Of a stretch of DNA of 21,267 nucleotides, positions 16,618 to 21,267 are shown one piece after another (the first letter of the stretch is position 1; each line of letters opens with the position of its first letter). The position numbers and the translations under genes were made by a program. Origin of the DNA: Candidatus Fervidifonticultor quintus (GTDB lineage Bacteria > Sysuimicrobiota > Sysuimicrobiia > Sysuimicrobiales > Humicultoraceae); assembly GCA_031459535.1 (NCBI GenBank), contig JAVKIJ010000055.1, positions 1 to 21,267 on the forward strand, in the 5' to 3' direction. A model generated the notes under the pieces. It made no database searches. It saw nothing but the letters and a program-made list of their open reading frames with translations, and was not told where the DNA came from.

Positions 16618-17144
16618 TGCCGGGCAAGCGGACTGCAGCGGCCCGCCTGCGGCCAGTCACCACCGCGGAAGTGCGGCTACGCGTCAACGGCACCGAGGTG
16701 GCTCGGACCGTCGAGGTGCGCAGGACCCTCGCCGACTTCCTGCGGGAGGACCTCGGCCTCACGGGCACCCATCTGGGCTGCGAGCACGGCGTCTGCGGAG
16801 CGTGCACGGTCCTGCTGGACGGGCAGCCGGTCCGCTCCTGCCTGATGTTTGCGGTCCAGGCCGACGGCACAGAGGTCGTCACGGTCGAGGCCCTGGGCAC
16901 CGTGGACGCGCTCTCGCCTCTCCAGGAGGCATTTGTGGCGCACCACGGGCTGCAGTGCGGGTTCTGCACGCCGGGGATCCTGATGAGCGCCCACGCCCTG
17001 CTGCGCGACGTCCCCCACCCGACCGACGAACAGATCCGTGAGGTGCTCGGCGGGCACCTGTGCCGGTGCACCGGCTATCAGGGGATCTTGGACGCGGTGC
17101 GAGCGGCCGCGGGGATCCCGCCTCCAACCGCTGCACGGAGGTAG
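16617..17144 (+). CDS. Mo-hydroxylase (2Fe-2S) small subunit (CoxS/CutS-like)
   Basis: GCEHGVCGACT..SC, QCGFCTPG and HLCRCTGY motifs. TGATG coupling with the medium subunit. Confidence 0.93.
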   Translation: MPGKRTAAARLRPVTTAEVRLRVNGTEVARTVEVRRTLADFLREDLGLTGTHLGCEHGVCGACTVLLDGQPVRSCLMFAVQADGTEVVTVEALGTVDALSPLQEAFVAHHGLQCGFCTPGILMSAHALLRDVPHPTDEQIREVLGGHLCRCTGYQGILDAVRAAAGIPPPTAARR

Positions 17145-17154
17145 CCTGGGGCCG

Positions 17155-18078
17155 ATGGGTCGGGCGCGCGGCGGCGCAGTCACCCACGCCGTCTGCATCC
17201 CGGCGCCGCTGGCCGGTCTGCTGAAGGGCACCGCGCAGGGTACCGTGCTCGCCGTCTTCGAGCGCGGCGCCTACGTGGACCTGGCCGGCCACATCTTGGC
17301 GCTCACATCGGCGGCCGACGGGCGCGGCCCGCTGTCTATCGTCCTGTCCGACCGGGTAGCCCTCGCGCCGGTGGCCGCCGGCGATGCCGTTCGGGTGGAG
17401 AACGGTGTCTTGTCGGTCGGGCCGCACGCGGTGGTCGTCACGGGCGCCGATGTCTGGGATCCGGCATTGCCGCAGCCAACTGCGCCCACTGGCCACATGC
17501 GCACGTTGCGCGCTGTCGAAGCAGAACTGCGCGCTGGCGCCTCCCGCGAGAGCGTCGTCGCGCTGTTGGAGCCTCCAGCCCGCCCCGTGCGGGAAGATCC
17601 CGGGCAGTGCGCTGCGGCCGATCGGCTGGCGCCCATCCGCGGGGGCCTGGAGGTGATCGGCCGCTTCCTGGCGGGCTGCGCCTCGGTCGAGGACGTCACC
17701 AGGGCCGTCGCCTCAGGCGTCGCCGGCCGAGGCCCCGGCCTGACGCCCTCGGGCGACGATCTGCTGGCCGGGGTTATGCATGCCATCACCGTGTGGCCGC
17801 ATATCGCCGCGCCGGCCGGCGGCGTGCGGGCAAGGGAAGCACTCGCCGCCGGCGCGATCGGCCGCACCACCCGCATCAGCGCCGCCTACTTGCGGGCCGC
17901 GGCCGGGGGCCTGGCCGCCGAGCCCTGGCACGGGCTCGTGCGCAGCCTGGACCGGTCGGCCTCTGCGGTCAAGGCCGCCGCCCGGAGGATCCTGGCGATG
18001 GGGCACACCTCCGGCGCTGATGCGCTCACCGGCTTCTGCTGGGGCTGGTGCCGGGCAATCCGCCGGGCTCCGTCCTGA
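17155..18078 (+). CDS. DUF2877 family protein (AllH/YlbF-like)
   Basis: GRGPGLTPSGDD.L.G, RTT.IS and GHTSG.D...G motifs. GGAGGT upstream of ATG 17155; start approximate. Confidence 0.8.
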   Translation: MGRARGGAVTHAVCIPAPLAGLLKGTAQGTVLAVFERGAYVDLAGHILALTSAADGRGPLSIVLSDRVALAPVAAGDAVRVENGVLSVGPHAVVVTGADVWDPALPQPTAPTGHMRTLRAVEAELRAGASRESVVALLEPPARPVREDPGQCAAADRLAPIRGGLEVIGRFLAGCASVEDVTRAVASGVAGRGPGLTPSGDDLLAGVMHAITVWPHIAAPAGGVRAREALAAGAIGRTTRISAAYLRAAAGGLAAEPWHGLVRSLDRSASAVKAAARRILAMGHTSGADALTGFCWGWCRAIRRAPS

Positions 18079-19819
18079 CCTCCGACGCCGTCCCACGGCG
18101 CTGGAGCCGCTGCTCCACCGCTTCCAGCAGGTCCTGCAGCCCGCGCAGGATCTCACGCCACGGCCCACCGACCTGTCCCATCTGCCGGTACTTCCGGTAG
18201 CGCCGTTCCAGCAGCCGCCGACGCGAGAGCCGGCACACGTCCCAGAACGCGGCCACCAGGTGCCGCCGGAGCATCGCCGCGGCCGCATCGGCGTCGGCGT
18301 GCGCGCCACCCGGGGGTTCGGGGACGATGCCGTCAATGACACCCAGCCGCAGCAGGTCGGAGGCGGTGAGCTTGAGCGCGGCCGCCACATCGGGAGCGCG
18401 CGCAGCGTCCCGGTAGAGGATGACGGCGGCGGCCTCGGGCGCGATCACCGAATAGAAGGCGTGCTCCAGCATGAGCACCCGATCGGCCATCGCCAGGGCC
18501 AGGGCGCCGCCGCTACCTCCCTCACCGATGACCGCGGCGACTGTGGGCGTGGGCAGCAGGGCCATCGTGGCCAGATTCTGCGCCAGTGCCTGCGCGATGC
18601 CGCGGCGCTCGGCCTCGTAGCCCGGGTAGGCACCAGGCGTGTCCACGAGGGTGAGGACCGGCAGGCCGAACTTGGCGGCGAGCTGCATCAACCGCCGCGA
18701 GGTGCGATAGCCCTCCGGTAGCGGCATGCCCTGGTGCGCTCCGGCCGGTCGGTCGGGCCAGCGACCGCGCTCCTGGCCGATGACCACCACCGACTGGCCG
18801 TCGATCTCTCCGAGGCCGGCTACCAGCGATGGATCGTCGCCAAACATCCGGTCGCCGTGCAGCTCGACGAACGACGTGACGATGCGCCGGATGTATGCCA
18901 GTGCCGTAGGCCGCTGCGGATGGCGCGCCAGCTGCACAACGTCCCACGGGGCCGGCGCCGCCCCGGCCTCGGCCGGCGCAGCCGGCAGCTGCTCTCTGAC
19001 CCACCGGGGGCCCTGCTGGCGACGCAGATGTCGAACCAGGTACTGCAGGGTCTCCCGGAGCTGCCGCCGGTCGGCCACGAGGTCCACCATGCCGCTGGCA
19101 AACAGCCGCTCGGCTCGGTGCGAGTCGGGCGGGAGCACCTCTCCCATGGTTGCCTCGATGACCCGTGGACCGACGAACCCGATCTGCGCGCCCGGCTCGG
19201 CGATCAGGATGTCGGCCAACGACGCGAAACTGGCCGAGACTCCCCCGAAGGTGGGATGGGCCAGCACCGAGATGTGGGCCAGGCCCGCGGCGTGGTGGCG
19301 GGCGCGCGCGGCGGCCGTCTTGGCCATCTGCATGAGGGACAGCATGCCCTCCTGCATGCGCGCGCCGCCGGTGCTGGTCACCGTGATCACCGGCAGGCGG
19401 CGGCGGGTGGCGACCTCGAAGGCGTCTGCGATCTTCTCGCCCGCCACCGAGCCCATCGTTCCGCCCAGGAACTCGAACTCGAACACCACCACGACCGCGG
19501 GCAGTCCGCCGATCCTGGCCCGGCCGACCACGACGGCCTCGCGCAGCCCGGTGCGCTGGCGCGCTTCGATCAACCGCGTGCGATAGGCCCGCGTATCGGC
19601 AAACCGGAGCGGGTCCACCGACGTCAGCGTGCGGTCGAACTCGCGGAACGTCCCGGCGTCCACCAGGGACGCGATCCGGTCGCGGGCGGGCATGACCAGG
19701 TGCGCCGCGCACGACGGGCACACCCAGAGTGCCTGCCGCAGTGCAGACGTCGGGGCCTCGGCGCCGCAGGCAGGGCAGCGCACCGCGGGGTCGGGAGCAT
19801 GCGCCCTAGATCGTACCAT
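18026..19819 (-). CDS. accDA: Fused acetyl-CoA carboxylase carboxyltransferase beta-alpha (AccD-AccA)
   Basis: Beta half: Zn finger CPAC..CPSC, DPLRF, GGTMG, GGARMQEG, GGVSASF, GFVGPRVI. Alpha half: ARHPQRP, ELHGDR, DTPGAYPG, GEGGSGGALA, YSVIAPE. One open frame from ATG 19819. Confidence 0.9.
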   Translation of the reverse strand: MVRSRAHAPDPAVRCPACGAEAPTSALRQALWVCPSCAAHLVMPARDRIASLVDAGTFREFDRTLTSVDPLRFADTRAYRTRLIEARQRTGLREAVVVGRARIGGLPAVVVVFEFEFLGGTMGSVAGEKIADAFEVATRRRLPVITVTSTGGARMQEGMLSLMQMAKTAAARARHHAAGLAHISVLAHPTFGGVSASFASLADILIAEPGAQIGFVGPRVIEATMGEVLPPDSHRAERLFASGMVDLVADRRQLRETLQYLVRHLRRQQGPRWVREQLPAAPAEAGAAPAPWDVVQLARHPQRPTALAYIRRIVTSFVELHGDRMFGDDPSLVAGLGEIDGQSVVVIGQERGRWPDRPAGAHQGMPLPEGYRTSRRLMQLAAKFGLPVLTLVDTPGAYPGYEAERRGIAQALAQNLATMALLPTPTVAAVIGEGGSGGALALAMADRVLMLEHAFYSVIAPEAAAVILYRDAARAPDVAAALKLTASDLLRLGVIDGIVPEPPGGAHADADAAAAMLRRHLVAAFWDVCRLSRRRLLERRYRKYRQMGQVGGPWREILRGLQDLLEAVEQRLQRRGTASEVRTEPGGLPGTSPSRSR

Positions 19820-20993
19820 CCTGGCGCAGTGCGGCAATCTCCGCGTCCGTGTAGCCCAGCTCGCGCAGGATCGGCTCGGTGTGCTGGCCCAGCAACGGCG
19901 GGGGCGAGGCGATCCGGCCCGGGGTCTCCGAGAGCTTGAGCGGCACGCCGGTCTGTTTGATGCGCCCGGCGCGCGGGTGGTCGATCTCCACGACCATGCG
20001 GCGGTGATGCACCTGGGGATCGTTGAACAGGTCCGACAACTGGTAGATGGGCCCGGCCGGCACGCCGGCGGACTCCAGCGTCTGCGTCCACTCGGCCATG
20101 GTACGGGTGGCGAAGATCGCCGCAAGCAGCGGGATCAGGGCCTCGCGGTGCTTCACCCGGTCGGCGTTGGTGCGGAATCGGGGGTCCTCGGCCAGGTGCG
20201 GCGCGCCGATGGCGGCCGCGAAGCGGGCCCAGATAGCTTCGCTGCCCACGGCGACGTTGACGTAGCCGTCGCTTGTGCGAAACGCCTGGTAGGGCACCAG
20301 GGACGGATGGGCCGTGCCCAGGCGCCTCGGGTTCTGGCCCGTGGCGAAGTAGTACCCGGCCTGGTAGGTCATCCAGGCCACCTGGCTGTCCAGCATCGAC
20401 GCGTCGACCAGTTGCCCCCGACCGGTGCGCGCCCTGGCGTGCAGGGCGACCATGATGCCGTAGGCGGCGAACATGCCAGCGGCGATGTCCGTGACCGCCA
20501 CGCCCACTTTGACCGGCGGGCCGTCCTCCTCGCCGGTGGTCCCCATCAAGCCACCCATGCCCTGCAGGATCAGGTCGTAGGCGACGCGCTCCCGGTAGGG
20601 ACCGTCCTGGCCGAACCCCGAGACCGAGGCGTAGACCAGCCTCGGGTAGGCCGCCCGCACGGCCTCGTAGCCGAAGCCGAGTCGTTCCATGACGCCGGGA
20701 CGGAAGTTCTCGACCAGCACGTCCGCCTGATGAAGGAGCCGCCAGAGGATCTGGCGGCCCGCGGCGTGCTTGAGGTTGAGGGTGAGGCTCTCCTTGTTGC
20801 GGTTGATCCCCAGGAAGTAGGAACTCTCGCCGCAGATGAACGGTGGCCCCCAGCCGCGGGTGTCATCGCCGCCATCGGGAGCCTCGACCTTGATGACCCG
20901 GGCGCCCATGTCCGCCAGCATGAGGGTGCAGTACGGACCGGCCAGCGCCCGGGTCAGGTCGACGACCACCAGGTCTTCGAGCGGTGCGGGCAT
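19806..20993 (-). CDS. CaiB/BaiF family III CoA-transferase
   Basis: DLTRALAGPYCT..LADMGA.VIKVE, NRNK.S, ENFRPG, SGFGQDGP, D at VTDIAAG, and PPLLGQHT. Confidence 0.93.
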   Translation of the reverse strand: MPAPLEDLVVVDLTRALAGPYCTLMLADMGARVIKVEAPDGGDDTRGWGPPFICGESSYFLGINRNKESLTLNLKHAAGRQILWRLLHQADVLVENFRPGVMERLGFGYEAVRAAYPRLVYASVSGFGQDGPYRERVAYDLILQGMGGLMGTTGEEDGPPVKVGVAVTDIAAGMFAAYGIMVALHARARTGRGQLVDASMLDSQVAWMTYQAGYYFATGQNPRRLGTAHPSLVPYQAFRTSDGYVNVAVGSEAIWARFAAAIGAPHLAEDPRFRTNADRVKHREALIPLLAAIFATRTMAEWTQTLESAGVPAGPIYQLSDLFNDPQVHHRRMVVEIDHPRAGRIKQTGVPLKLSETPGRIASPPPLLGQHTEPILRELGYTDAEIAALRQDGTI

Positions 20994-21265
20994 CAGCGGG
21001 CGCGCCGCCGCCTCGGCGCCCGCTGCGGCGCAGGCAGGCTGTCTGCTTCGACGAAGGCCACACAGCGGCAGAACGCCGCTTCCCCGCCTTTGAACCGGAA
21101 CGGGAAGCAGCCCACCCAGACCCTGCGGTTGAGGATCAGGTCAATTTCGCCTCCGATGTTCTCCACGTGGAAGACGCCCTTGGGAAAGAGCAGCGTGTGG
21201 GTGGCCTGATAGTCCCTGGGCCACGGAAACGCCTCGTCCATGGACATCCCGATTTTCTTCTCCAC
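20993..21265 (-). CDS. Cyclase family (kynurenine formamidase-like) metal-dependent hydrolase, C-terminal part only
   Basis: H..L....VFHVEN.G and FP.RF.GGE...CR.VA C-terminal cyclase-family motifs. TGATG coupling to the CoA-transferase; truncated by the window edge. Confidence 0.75.
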   Translation of the reverse strand: MEKKIGMSMDEAFPWPRDYQATHTLLFPKGVFHVENIGGEIDLILNRRVWVGCFPFRFKGGEAAFCRCVAFVEADSLPAPQRAPRRRRAR

Positions 21266-21267
21266 CT

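Noticed and set aside
6277-17144. Calling the locus a genuine aerobic CO dehydrogenase cluster
   Set aside because: No AYxCSFR motif, and the gene order is not M-S-L.
19820-20125. Upstream extensions of accDA (and of the D-aminoacylase at 4351-4653 and DUF2877 at 17038-17154)
   Set aside because: They are off-frame overlaps with neighbouring real genes, as expected when stop codons are rare in high-GC DNA.
1-21267. CRISPR arrays, tRNA/rRNA genes, IS elements, prophage or defence genes
   Set aside because: No spaced direct repeats, cloverleafs, transposase, integrase or nuclease motifs were seen, and intergenic gaps are short.

Overview
High-GC bacterial window, almost fully coding, with no rRNA, tRNA, CRISPR array or mobile element recognised. 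From left to right: (1) an unannotated minus-strand 14-codon Lys/Ala-rich micro-ORF with its own Shine-Dalgarno (SD) site and terminator-like hairpin, plus an operator-like palindrome at the window edge. (2) A plus-strand block: secreted SLH-SPOR-NAGPA protein, a frameshifted NhaC/GntP-like permease, a cytoplasmic class A beta-lactamase-fold serine hydrolase, and a D-aminoacylase. (3) A molybdenum-hydroxylase (xanthine dehydrogenase/CO dehydrogenase family) locus in two divergent arms: leftward DUF47-PiT-coxG-coxM-like-coxD-coxE-xdhC-mocA, and rightward L-M-S-DUF2877(AllH-like). The large subunit has PYRGAGR, so it is not a form I CO dehydrogenase. (4) The end of a minus-strand operon: cyclase-family hydrolase, CaiB/BaiF CoA-transferase, and a fused AccD-AccA carboxyltransferase. 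All family calls come from motif recognition by eye; no database searches were run.
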